From: Vicinamibacteria bacterium
Lineage (GTDB): Bacteria > Acidobacteriota > Vicinamibacteria > Marinacidobacterales > Marinacidobacteraceae
Assembly (NCBI GenBank): GCA_963555995.3
Contig: OY821641.1
Location: 2,016,001-2,080,000 of the forward strand
Reading direction: 5' to 3'
Length of the DNA: 64,000 bases
In this document: positions 29,292-38,284 of the stretch, one piece after another
Position numbering within the stretch: position 1 is the stretch's first letter
Layout of the letters: each line of letters starts with the position of its first letter
Program-made: the position numbers and the translations under genes
The notes under the pieces: generated by a model
The model's input: only the letters and a program-made list of their open reading frames with translations
The model's database searches: none
Told to the model about the DNA's origin: nothing

Positions 29292-31009
29292 CGGCCCGGT
29301 CCTCCACGCCGCCCGCCGCCGAGGCCGAACCGCTCTCCCAGCGCGGCGAGCGCGTCCCGGAGCGGCTCCCATTCGCGCGGCGCCAACAGCCGCGCCGCGA
29401 ACCCGAAGGCCAGTCCTCCGGCGGCGGTCGCCAGCAGGGTGATCGCCGCCGTCGCCCAGGCGCCCGGCCCGAGACGCTCACCGGCGACCTGCACGAGCAG
29501 CCACGCCACGCCGCCAGTGGCCGCCGCCACCGGCAGGGCGCGGAGGCCGGCTCCGGCAACCTCCCCGAACAGGACGCGCGCCCGCGACCGTCCGGATGCG
29601 TCCGCACCCAGCCTGCCGGCCAGCAGCGCCGAGAGGAGCGCCGCGGAGAACCAGGCCACGCAGACGGTCGCGAGCGGCAGTCCCAGATGGCCGTACCCCG
29701 CGACGACGACGAAACTCCGGGTCGCGATCCAGGTCACCACCGTCCCGATCGCCGCGACCAGGAGCGGCGGGCGGGTGCTGCCGAGCGCGAAGAAGGCGTC
29801 GGAGAGGAGCTTGGTCGCCCCGAAGGCGGGAAGGCCCAACGCGAAGATGGAGAGCACCAGGGACACCTGCCGGGCGTCTTCCGGGCTGAACGCGCCCCGC
29901 TGGTAGATGAGCGCCACGAACGGCGCGGCGATCCCGATGAGGCCGGCCGCGGCGGCGAGCGTCAGCAGCAGCATGAGCCGGCCGGACTGTCCGAGCACCC
30001 GCCCGAATCCCTCCCGGTCGTCCCGGCCGGCGGCCCGCGTGAGCGCCGGCAGCGTGGCGCTCGACAGCGCGACTCCGATCAGCCCCGCGGGAAGCTGCAC
30101 CAGGCGGTAGGCCATCGTGAACCAGGCGAGCCACGAGGTCCCCGCGGACGCGAAGTGCCGCGAGATGATGACGTTGATCTGGAGCGTTCCGGCGGCCGCC
30201 GCCGCCGGGGCGAAGAGGCGGCACACCCGCCGAAAGGCCGGATCGGCAACCGTCTCGCGCATCCCGCCGGTGGGGACCGGGCGGTAGCCGTCCCGGCGGA
30301 ACCAGCGCCACTGCATCAGCAGTTGGACGAGTCCTCCGAGCGGCACCCCGAGCGCGAGTCCCGCCATCGGGTGGATCCCCAACCGGGGAGCGGCGAGGAA
30401 TCCCAGCACCGCGAAGACGATGGTGGTGACGTTGAAGAACGACGACGCCACCGCCGGCAGGAAGAAGGAGTTCCGGGCCTGCAGGCCGCCCATGAAGAGC
30501 GACGCGAGCGACGCGCAGGCGATGAACGGGAACATGATCCGGGTCAGCCCGACGGCCAGCTCCCGCGGCGTCTCGACGCCGAACCGTAGGGACTCGGGGA
30601 GCGGCGTGTCGAAGGCCCCCCGCGAGAACACGAGGTCCACCAGTTGCGGCGCGAACACCACGCCGGCCACGGTGACCAGGAGGCTCACCGGGAGCAGGAC
30701 CCGGAGGACCCGCCCCAGGAGCCGGTGCGCGGCCTCCCTGCCGTCCCCCTGGTCCACGGCCGCGAAGGTGGCGACGAACGCCTTGGAGAGCGCGCCCTCG
30801 GCGAGCATCTCCCGGAGGGTGTTGGGGAACGTATAGGCCGCGTAGAAGGCGTCGAGCAGCGGCGTCGAGAACAGGAAAGCGAGCGTCTGCTCGCGCACCA
30901 GACCGGTGAGACGCGAGAAGACCACGCCGAGGCTCACGGAGCCCGCGCGGCGCGCCAGGTACCGCTCGTCGCCGGAGCCGGACGGAGGCGGGTTGCCGTC
31001 TCTTGGCAC
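29288..31009 (-). CDS. murJ: lipid II flippase MurJ
   Basis: SRLTGLVRE, PNTLREMLAEGALS, RLVQLP, multiple TM helices. Confidence 0.9.
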   Translation of the reverse strand: MPRDGNPPPSGSGDERYLARRAGSVSLGVVFSRLTGLVREQTLAFLFSTPLLDAFYAAYTFPNTLREMLAEGALSKAFVATFAAVDQGDGREAAHRLLGRVLRVLLPVSLLVTVAGVVFAPQLVDLVFSRGAFDTPLPESLRFGVETPRELAVGLTRIMFPFIACASLASLFMGGLQARNSFFLPAVASSFFNVTTIVFAVLGFLAAPRLGIHPMAGLALGVPLGGLVQLLMQWRWFRRDGYRPVPTGGMRETVADPAFRRVCRLFAPAAAAAGTLQINVIISRHFASAGTSWLAWFTMAYRLVQLPAGLIGVALSSATLPALTRAAGRDDREGFGRVLGQSGRLMLLLTLAAAAGLIGIAAPFVALIYQRGAFSPEDARQVSLVLSIFALGLPAFGATKLLSDAFFALGSTRPPLLVAAIGTVVTWIATRSFVVVAGYGHLGLPLATVCVAWFSAALLSALLAGRLGADASGRSRARVLFGEVAGAGLRALPVAAATGGVAWLLVQVAGERLGPGAWATAAITLLATAAGGLAFGFAARLLAPREWEPLRDALAALGERFGLGGGRRGGPGR

Positions 31010-31192
31010 GGGGACAGGGTAGCGGAGGGGGGGAGCGCCGGTCTTCGCACAGCCCGCCGAACCGGCACAGCCCGCCGAAGGCGGGCGGCGCGACGGAGCT
31101 GGTTCGCCCGGATGGCTCGGCTGCGCCCGTCAATGCGCCCGGAGTAGCGACGAACCGCCCACGGGGCCGCTATGCCGGCTGAGCCGGCCCGG

Positions 31193-31420
31193 TTGCTGTG
31201 AAAATGCAGTCTCGCCGAGACGTCCGTTAGCGGAAGTTGCGCCACCGGCTGGGAGCGCCGGTCTTCAGACCGGCATCGCGGGCCGAAGGCCCGCGGATGT
31301 CGTGTCACCGTTCGCGTTGATGAATCGAAAACAGAACGCCACCGCGCAGGTCGGCGTCGTGCGTTGCGCTGCGCTCTGGCGCAGCGCGTGCCGGTCTGAA
31401 GACCGGCGCTCCCAGCCGGC
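31193..31420. repeat. REPIN-like element with flanking GTTGCTGTGAAAATGCAGT motif
   Basis: Inverted REPs at 31246-31275 and 31388-31419 around a spacer nearly identical to that of 44676-44847. Confidence 0.8.
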
Positions 31421-31493
31421 ACGCCATCCCGACCACCGGACCGAACGCAGCTCCACTGCCGTACCGCTCGCGTGGAGTAGCATTTCCCGCGAT

Positions 31494-32197
31494 TTGAACG
31501 CGCCGGCAGACCTTCCCCCGCCGGTCGCGAGGACCGGCCGGCTCGCGGCGCTGCTCCTCGGCTGCCCAGGACCACAAGTTCCGGCTCGCGGCGACCCCGG
31601 CGGGCTGCCCAGGACCACAAGTTCCGGCTGTTCGCCGGGGCCGGGCTCCAGTTCTTCGCGCGCCCCGAGTTGAGTCCCGGGCGCGGCGCGGGGCTCGGCG
31701 GCACCGCGTCCTTTCGCGCCACCGAGAACATCTCCATCGCCACCGGGGTCTTCTTCGGGCGCTCCAACCGGCGCTACACGGCCGCCAACGAGCCGGTGGA
31801 AGACGTGATCGCGGAACCGGCGTACCAGTTCCGGACGAACCGCTACCACCTCGACGGATCGCTCGTGTACCACCTCGGACGCCGCCAGCCCTTCCAGATG
31901 TACTTCGTCGCCGGGGGCGGGATCGTGAGGCGGGATGAACTGCGCGAGGACTTCATCTACGAGACGACCGATCCCGGGGAAGACGACCAGTCGGGGTCCT
32001 TCCGGATCCGGGTCCCCGTCGGGAACCAGGTCACGCTCGAACACACGGCCTACGCGCCGACCGCCCACCTCGCGGTTGGCTTCGAGGTCTATGTCTTTTC
32101 CTACCTGTCCGCGCGCGCGGAATACCGCATCTGGTCCTCGAAGGACTTCTCGTTCCGCACCCAGCAGGCGATGATCGGGGTCAACTACTACAAGTAG
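31494..32197 (+). pseudogene. outer-membrane beta-barrel protein, frameshifted in the signal-peptide region
   Basis: Mature frame AAQDHKFRLFAGAG...ARAEYR...IGVNYYK has no in-frame upstream start; signal peptide ARTGRLAALLLG lies in another frame; 27-bp duplication at 31560 and 31603. Confidence 0.55.
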
Positions 32198-32235
32198 CCG
32201 CGCTCGAATATCGGACACCTCACTTGGCCGCCGGA

Positions 32236-32781
32236 ATGTCGGATCAGCGCCGGCCGGCCCCTTCGGTGGGAGTCCTTCCGGTGGCCGTGGCGGCCGGCCT
32301 GCTGTTCGGGTTCTGGATCGCCCTGTCGGGGAAACTCGACGCCTTCCACCTCGCGCTCGGCCTGATCACCGCCGCCGCGGTCGCGCTCGCGACCCGCAGG
32401 CTCTACCGGGCGCCGCCGCAGCCGATGCCGGCGGACGAGTTCGGACGCGCCCTCCTCCGGTGGCCCCGCTTCCTCGCCTATTCGGTGTGGCTGCTCTGGC
32501 AGATCTTCCGGTCGGCGGTTCAGGTCGCGAAGCTGATCCTGCACCCCCGGCTCCCCATAGCGCCGCGGATGGTGCGGATTGCGGACGACCTGCCCCATCC
32601 CGTCGCCCGGCTGACCCTCGCCCACTCCATCACGCTGACCCCCGGCACGGTGACGGTTGACTGCGACGACGAGGGGATGCTGGTCCACGCCATTGACCCG
32701 GAGGCCGCCGCGAGCCTCGGCAGCGACGGCGGACCGATGGCCGACCGGGTGCGGGCGGTCTTCGGCGCCCCGGCACGCTGA
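32236..32781 (+). CDS. mrpE: Mrp Na+/H+ antiporter subunit E
   Basis: LAHSITLTPGTVTV...LVHA motif. Confidence 0.88.
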   Translation: MSDQRRPAPSVGVLPVAVAAGLLFGFWIALSGKLDAFHLALGLITAAAVALATRRLYRAPPQPMPADEFGRALLRWPRFLAYSVWLLWQIFRSAVQVAKLILHPRLPIAPRMVRIADDLPHPVARLTLAHSITLTPGTVTVDCDDEGMLVHAIDPEAAASLGSDGGPMADRVRAVFGAPAR

Positions 32782-33047
32782 TGTCCCTGCTGCTGACCGC
32801 GTTCGCGGGGGTCATCCTCCTCGCGATCGGCGGTTCGCTCTTCCGCGTGGTTCGCGGCCCGACGCTCTGGGACCGGCTCTCCGGGGTCGCGCTGATCGGG
32901 ACGAAGAGCCTGATCCTCCTGGTCGTCGCCGGCGAGCTCTCGGGGCAGCCCGGGATGTTCACCGACATCGCGCTCGCCTACGCCGCCATCGGGTTCCTGG
33001 GCGCCCTCGTCATCGCCAAGTACTTCGAGGGAACCAGCAGCCCGTGA
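32781..33047 (+). CDS. mrpF: Mrp antiporter subunit F
   Basis: RVVRGPTLWDR...DIALAYAAIGFLG. Confidence 0.88.
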   Translation: MSLLLTAFAGVILLAIGGSLFRVVRGPTLWDRLSGVALIGTKSLILLVVAGELSGQPGMFTDIALAYAAIGFLGALVIAKYFEGTSSP

Positions 33048-33217
33048 ATGAAATGACGCGGCGTTCGAGCGGCGATCCATCCCGGCTGAATCGCGCCGCT
33101 TTGCGTCGCTCATCGTTGCGCTTCGGTCGCAATACACTCGGTATTCCTCCCTCGCGCGCCTCGTCAGCCGGGCGTCTCACCGCTCTCGGCGCTCGCGCCA
33201 CTTCATCCACGGACTGC
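33037..33217. mobile_element. MITE-like repeat family B, copy 3, inserted in the last codons of mrpF
   Basis: Inverted ends GCAGCCCGTGAATGAA / TTCATCCACGGACTGC; removing it restores an in-frame TAG overlapping the mrpG GTG. Confidence 0.72.
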
Positions 33218-33225
33218 ACGTCGTA

Positions 33226-33564
33226 GTGGGCGCCTTCACCCTGACCGAGGGGTTCGCGGTCCTCCTGCTCGCCGCGGGACTCTTCTTCATCCTGGCCGCC
33301 GTGATCGGCATCCTCCGCCTGCCGGACTTCTTCACCCGTCTCCACGCCATGGGGAAGTGCGACACCGCCGGGCTGTCGCTGAGTCTGCTCGGGCTCGCGC
33401 TGCTGGCGGGCGATCCGGCGGTGACGGTCAAGCTGGTGCTGGTGCTGGTCCTGGTCGCCCTCGCCAACCCGACGGCGACGCATGCCCTGGCCCGGGCCGC
33501 GTCGAGGGCCGGGATGAAGGTCTGGCGGCCCGACGAACCGGCCGAACCGGCGGGAGAACGATGA
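33226..33564 (+). CDS. mrpG: Mrp antiporter subunit G
   Basis: GILRLPDFFTRLHA...NPTATHALARA. Confidence 0.9.
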   Translation: MGAFTLTEGFAVLLLAAGLFFILAAVIGILRLPDFFTRLHAMGKCDTAGLSLSLLGLALLAGDPAVTVKLVLVLVLVALANPTATHALARAASRAGMKVWRPDEPAEPAGER

Positions 33565-33812
33565 TGGCCGAGGGCCATCTGGTCAGCGTCGGCCTGCTCG
33601 CCGCGATGGTGGTCTCGGCGGCGTGCGCGCTCGCCGTGAAGGACCTGCTGACCGCCGCGGCGCTCTTCGGCGCGTTCAGTTTCCTGACGGCCACCTGGTT
33701 CGCCCTGCTGGGGGCCGTGGATGTCGCCTTCACCGAAGCGTGCGTCGGCGGCGCGCTGACCACGATCCTCTTCGTCTCCACCGCCTTCCGAACCAGCCGG
33801 AGATTCGACTGA
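33561..33812 (+). CDS. Mrp subunit B N-terminal part (DUF4040)
   Basis: GAVDVAFTEACVG motif; ATGA overlap with mrpG. Confidence 0.8.
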   Translation: MMAEGHLVSVGLLAAMVVSAACALAVKDLLTAAALFGAFSFLTATWFALLGAVDVAFTEACVGGALTTILFVSTAFRTSRRFD

Positions 33813-34636
33813 TGGGCGCATCGGCCCCACCGGGGCGCCGGGACATCCGCGTGCGGCGGCTGCTGGGGGCCGCCGCATTCCCCGCCCTCTTCCTCGGGCT
33901 GGTGCTGGGCATGTCCGAGCTCCCGGAGTTCGGCGACCCGGCGTCCCCGGCGTCCACCCACGTCTCCCCGCGCTTCATCGAGGACGCCGCCGCCGAGACC
34001 GGCGCCGCCAACATGGTGACCGCGGTGCTGGCGGACTACCGCGGTTACGACACGCTGGGCGAGACGGCGGTGATCTTCGCAGCGGGACTCGGCTGCCTGG
34101 TCATCCTCGCCGGCGCGGGGGCCCGGCCCGGACTGCCGGCCGCCGGCATGTCCCACCCGTTCGGCAGCGTCATCCTCGACGCCGCGACCCGCATCCTGGT
34201 CCCGGTGGTGCTGCTGTTCGCGGTGTACGTCCTGATTCACGGACACGTCAGCCCGGGAGGAGGCTTCCAGGGCGGCGTGCTGTTCGGTTCCGGCCTCATC
34301 ATGATGCGCCTGGTCTGGGGGCCGGGCGGCGAGGATCGGGCGGTTCCCGCGTTCGGCCCGAGCCTGCGCGGTTCCCTGGTCATGGCCTGCGCCGGCATCC
34401 TCGGATACGTCGGCATCGGCCTGGCGGCCATGGCGTTCGGCGGCGCGTTCCTCGATTACGGATTCCTCCCGCTCGGGGACGATCCCGCCCACGTCCGGGA
34501 ACTCGCCACCCTCGGGATCGAAGCCGCCGTCTTCTTCACGGTCGCCGGCACGGTCGGCGTCCTGTTCGACACCATCAGCATCGGGATGCGGGAGAGTGGC
34601 GTCCCGCTCCCACCGGGCGACGGCGACCCCACGTGA
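33812..34636 (+). CDS. mrpB: Mrp antiporter subunit B
   Basis: NMVTAVLADYRGYDTLGE, GHVSPGGGFQGG. Confidence 0.88.
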   Translation: MGASAPPGRRDIRVRRLLGAAAFPALFLGLVLGMSELPEFGDPASPASTHVSPRFIEDAAAETGAANMVTAVLADYRGYDTLGETAVIFAAGLGCLVILAGAGARPGLPAAGMSHPFGSVILDAATRILVPVVLLFAVYVLIHGHVSPGGGFQGGVLFGSGLIMMRLVWGPGGEDRAVPAFGPSLRGSLVMACAGILGYVGIGLAAMAFGGAFLDYGFLPLGDDPAHVRELATLGIEAAVFFTVAGTVGVLFDTISIGMRESGVPLPPGDGDPT

Positions 34637-34977
34637 CCACCTACGCCTTCGCCGCCGCGCTCTTCACCCTCGGGGTCGCCGGCATGGCGCTGCTCCCGAA
34701 CCTCCTGCGCAAGCTGCTCGCGATGAACGTGATGCAGGTCGCGGTCATCGTCTTCTTCGTGTCGCTCGCCTTCAAGGAGGGAGCCACCGTGCCGATCCTG
34801 GGTCAGGGCGGCGCGCCGCAGGCGGCGGAGTTCATGAACCCGCTGCCGCACACGCTGATGCTGACCGCCATCGTGGTCTCGGTCTCGACGACCGGCCTCG
34901 CGCTCGCGCTGCTGGTCCGCATCCGGAGCCGCTTCGAAACGCTCAACGAGCAGCGCCTGCTCGACAAGCTCCGGTAG
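34633..34977 (+). CDS. mrpC: Mrp antiporter subunit C
   Basis: NPLPHTLMLTAIVV. Confidence 0.9.
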   Translation: MTTYAFAAALFTLGVAGMALLPNLLRKLLAMNVMQVAVIVFFVSLAFKEGATVPILGQGGAPQAAEFMNPLPHTLMLTAIVVSVSTTGLALALLVRIRSRFETLNEQRLLDKLR

Positions 34978-34995
34978 CCGCCAGCCAGCAGACCA

Positions 34996-36546
34996 GTGCG
35001 AGACGTTCTGCCGGGCCTGCTGATCGCGGTCCCGCTGCTGGGGGCGGCGCTCGTGCCCCTGCTGGCCACCCTGTCCCGCCGCACCACCCGCGTCCCCGCT
35101 CTCGCGCTCCACGCCGCGATCTTCGCGGCGGCGCTCGGCCTCTTCGGGTCGGCGGCGACCGCCGGACCGATCCGCTACGCGGTGGGAGGCTGGCCCGGGC
35201 CCTGGGGCATCGAACTGTGGTTCGACGGGCTGAGCACGCTCGTCGCGGTGCTGGTGGCGGGGATGGCCTGCTTCGCCTCGTTCGCGCAGACCTTCGGCCC
35301 GGAGCGGGACGGGACGGCGACGGCGTCCCCGCTCCGGGAAGGACTGCTCCGGGGCGCCCTGCTGCTCCTGGTCGGGGGACTCCTCGGCATCGTCGCCACC
35401 CGGGACGTCTTCAACCTCTTCGTCTTCCTCGAGATCTCGTCGCTCGCCGCCTACACCCTGGTCGCCTCGGGAGGGGGCCGGGCGACGGTGGCCGCCTTCC
35501 GCTATCTGCTGGCCGGCACCGCCGCCGGCTCGCTCTACCTCTTCGGCGTCGGTTTCCTCTACGCGCTCACCGGCACGCTGAACATGGACGACCTCGCCGC
35601 CCGGCTGCCGACCATCGAAGCGGACGCGGCGCTCACCGTGGCGGTGGTCCTGATCGCGGTGGGGCTGTCCATCAAGGCGGCGCTCTTCCCCCTGCACGGC
35701 TGGCTGCCCGACACCTACGTCTATACGCCGACCCCGGCGGCAGGCTTCATCGCCGCCGTCATGGCCAAGGTCAGCGCCTACGCGCTCCTCCGGCTGCTCG
35801 GCGAGGTGCTGGCCGGGACCGCGGCGGGGGCGGTGGTCCTCGACGTCACCCTCTGGCTCGGGGTGGCGGGGGTCGTGGTGGGCGGGGTCCTGGCGGTCGC
35901 CCAGCGGGCGGTCACCCGCATGCTGGCCTGGTCCAGCATCTCCGCGATGGGGATGATCCTGATCGGAGTGGGGATGGGGTCCGCCCTCGCCATCACCGGC
36001 GCCCTCTTCCACATGGCGGCGCACGCCCTGGCCAAGGGGTGCCTCTTCTTCGGCGCCGGCGGCATCCGCGCCTCCGGGGACGGTGACGAGGTGGAACGCT
36101 GGGCCGGTCTGGGCGCCCGCGCGCCCTGGACCCTGGCGGCCCTCACGGTCGCCGCGCTCTCCATGATCGGCATTCCGCCGACCGCCGGGTTCTTCTCGAA
36201 GTACTACCTGCTCTCCGCCTCGATCACCGCCGGCGGGCCGGCGGGGATCGCCGCCTTCGCCGCGATCCTCCTTTCCAGCCTGCTGGCCACCGTCTATTTC
36301 CTGCGCGTCCTCGAGGCCGTCTGGTTCCGGACGCCGGGCGGCGCACCGGACGCCGCCGCCTCCGGGGAACCGCCGGCTGCGCGGGACCGGCAGCCCCGCT
36401 CCGTCCTCCCGCGGCCCCTCGCCGCGCCGGTCGTCGGGCTCGCCGTCCTGATCCTGCTGACCGGGATCTTCGCGGCCCCGTTCGAGCGCCACGTGCTCCC
36501 GGACTGGGAGTCCGGGACCGCCCGCATTGCGGCAGCAGCCCCGTGA
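34996..36546 (+). CDS. mrpD: Mrp subunit D (NuoN/M-like)
   Basis: DVFNLFVFLEI, KAALFPLHGWLPD, GIPPTAGFFSK. Confidence 0.85.
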   Translation: MRDVLPGLLIAVPLLGAALVPLLATLSRRTTRVPALALHAAIFAAALGLFGSAATAGPIRYAVGGWPGPWGIELWFDGLSTLVAVLVAGMACFASFAQTFGPERDGTATASPLREGLLRGALLLLVGGLLGIVATRDVFNLFVFLEISSLAAYTLVASGGGRATVAAFRYLLAGTAAGSLYLFGVGFLYALTGTLNMDDLAARLPTIEADAALTVAVVLIAVGLSIKAALFPLHGWLPDTYVYTPTPAAGFIAAVMAKVSAYALLRLLGEVLAGTAAGAVVLDVTLWLGVAGVVVGGVLAVAQRAVTRMLAWSSISAMGMILIGVGMGSALAITGALFHMAAHALAKGCLFFGAGGIRASGDGDEVERWAGLGARAPWTLAALTVAALSMIGIPPTAGFFSKYYLLSASITAGGPAGIAAFAAILLSSLLATVYFLRVLEAVWFRTPGGAPDAAASGEPPAARDRQPRSVLPRPLAAPVVGLAVLILLTGIFAAPFERHVLPDWESGTARIAAAAP

Positions 36547-38051
36547 CCGAGATCGTCTCCCTCCGCCCGCTGCTCGCCGTCGGGGCGGGACTGGCGGCGG
36601 TGTTGCCGATCCTCCTCAGCGGCCGGCGGCCCGCCCTCCGCGAGGGCTGGACCTTCGCGGCGGGCGCCGTGCAGCTCGGCGCGGCGATCTCCATGCTGCC
36701 CGCCGCCTTCGCGGGCGCCGCCCACCTGAGCCCGGCCCTGCCGCTGCTGCCGGGAATGCCGCTCCAGTTCCGGGCCGACCCGCTGGGTCTCCTCTTCCTG
36801 ACGCTCTCCTCGATCCTCTGGCTCGCCACCTCGAGCTATTCCGTCGGGTACCTCCGCAGCCTGGGGCTCAAGCACCAGACGGGCTACTTCGCGGCGTTCG
36901 CCGCCGCGGTGGCCGCCGCCGCGGGCGTCGCGCTCGCCGCCAACCTGGTGACCTTCCTCATTTGCTACGAGGTGCTCACGCTCGCGACCTGGCCGCTGGT
37001 CGTCCACAAGCGGACTTCGGGAGTGCTCGGTTCCGGACGGGCCTACCTCGCCTACACGCTGATCGCGGGTCAACTGCTGCTCGGCGCCGTCGTCTGGGCG
37101 GGAACGCTGGCCCCCGGCGCGCCGTTCACGCCGGGCGGCTTTCTCGCGGGCACCGCGTCCGACGGCGTGCTGCGGGTCCTCTTCGTGCTCCTCCTCGTCG
37201 GGGTGGGTTCCAAGGCCGCGGTGTTCCCGCTCCACGGCTGGCTGCCCGCCGCCATGGTGGCGCCCACGCCGGTGAGCGCCCTGCTGCATGCGGTCGCCGT
37301 GGTGAAGGCGGGGGCGTTCGGGGTACTGCGGCTGACCGGCTGGGTCTTCGGTCCCGACCTGATGCACGACCTGGGACTCGGCCTCCCGCTCGCCCTGCTG
37401 GCCGCGGGCACCGTCCTGATGGCCTCGCTGCGCGCGCTGGGCGAGGACCACTTCAAGCGCCGGCTCGCCTACTCGACCATCGGCCAGCTCAGCTACATCG
37501 TGCTCGGGGGCGCCATCGGCACCCCGCTGGCGCTCGCGGGCGCGGCGTTCCACATCGTCGCCCACGGGTTCCTGAAGATCACCCTCTTCTTCTGCGCCGG
37601 CTCGGTATACGCGGCCACCGGGAGGGAACACATCTCGCAGCTCGGGGGACTGGGCCGCGCGATGCCGTTCACCTTCGCCGCCTTCGCGGTCGGGGCGGTC
37701 GGCATGGCGGGCGTTCCCCTGCTCCCCGGATTCATCAGCAAGTGGAACCTGGCGCTCGGCGCGCTCGACGACCACCAGGTCTGGGTGGTGGCGCTGCTCG
37801 TGGTCAGCGGGCTGCTGAACCTGGCCTACTACCTGCCGATCCTCCGGATCGCGGTCTTCGAACCGGGCGACGGCCGCCGTGTCCGGGAGCCGTCGGCGTG
37901 GCTGGTGGCGCCGCCGGTCTTCGCCGCACTGGCGGCCATCATGCTCGGGGTGGCTCCCGACGCAGGCGCCCGCTTCTGGTTCCTCGCGGAGTCGGCGGCG
38001 GTGAGCGTCGCGGCGCACGCTCCCCAGTTCCTCACCGGGGGTCCGCCGTGA
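36543..38051 (+). CDS. Mrp subunit D-like protein 2
   Basis: PLHGWLPAAMVAPTPVSALLHAVAVVKAG, LAYSTIGQLSY. Confidence 0.85.
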   Translation: MTEIVSLRPLLAVGAGLAAVLPILLSGRRPALREGWTFAAGAVQLGAAISMLPAAFAGAAHLSPALPLLPGMPLQFRADPLGLLFLTLSSILWLATSSYSVGYLRSLGLKHQTGYFAAFAAAVAAAAGVALAANLVTFLICYEVLTLATWPLVVHKRTSGVLGSGRAYLAYTLIAGQLLLGAVVWAGTLAPGAPFTPGGFLAGTASDGVLRVLFVLLLVGVGSKAAVFPLHGWLPAAMVAPTPVSALLHAVAVVKAGAFGVLRLTGWVFGPDLMHDLGLGLPLALLAAGTVLMASLRALGEDHFKRRLAYSTIGQLSYIVLGGAIGTPLALAGAAFHIVAHGFLKITLFFCAGSVYAATGREHISQLGGLGRAMPFTFAAFAVGAVGMAGVPLLPGFISKWNLALGALDDHQVWVVALLVVSGLLNLAYYLPILRIAVFEPGDGRRVREPSAWLVAPPVFAALAAIMLGVAPDAGARFWFLAESAAVSVAAHAPQFLTGGPP

Positions 38052-38284
38052 GCAGGCGGACGGCGGCGGGACTGGGCATCGCCGTCGCGGCCCTCGCCGC
38101 GTTGGACGTGCTCGGATTCCGGTCGGGCGCCGAACACCACGGAGGAATCTGGAACAGCGTTCCCCTCGGGGACCTCGCCCTGGGGGCACTCGGGGCGGGA
38201 GTGCTCGTGTGGTTCTCGAAACGGATCCTGAAGCGGCTGCTCTCGCGTCCCGAGAACTACTACCTCGGAGGCGGCGATCCATGA
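38048..38284 (+). CDS. small membrane accessory protein of the Mrp operon
   Basis: GTGA and ATGA overlaps on both sides; two TM helices; C-terminal LSRPENYY. Confidence 0.7.
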   Translation: MSRRTAAGLGIAVAALAALDVLGFRSGAEHHGGIWNSVPLGDLALGALGAGVLVWFSKRILKRLLSRPENYYLGGGDP

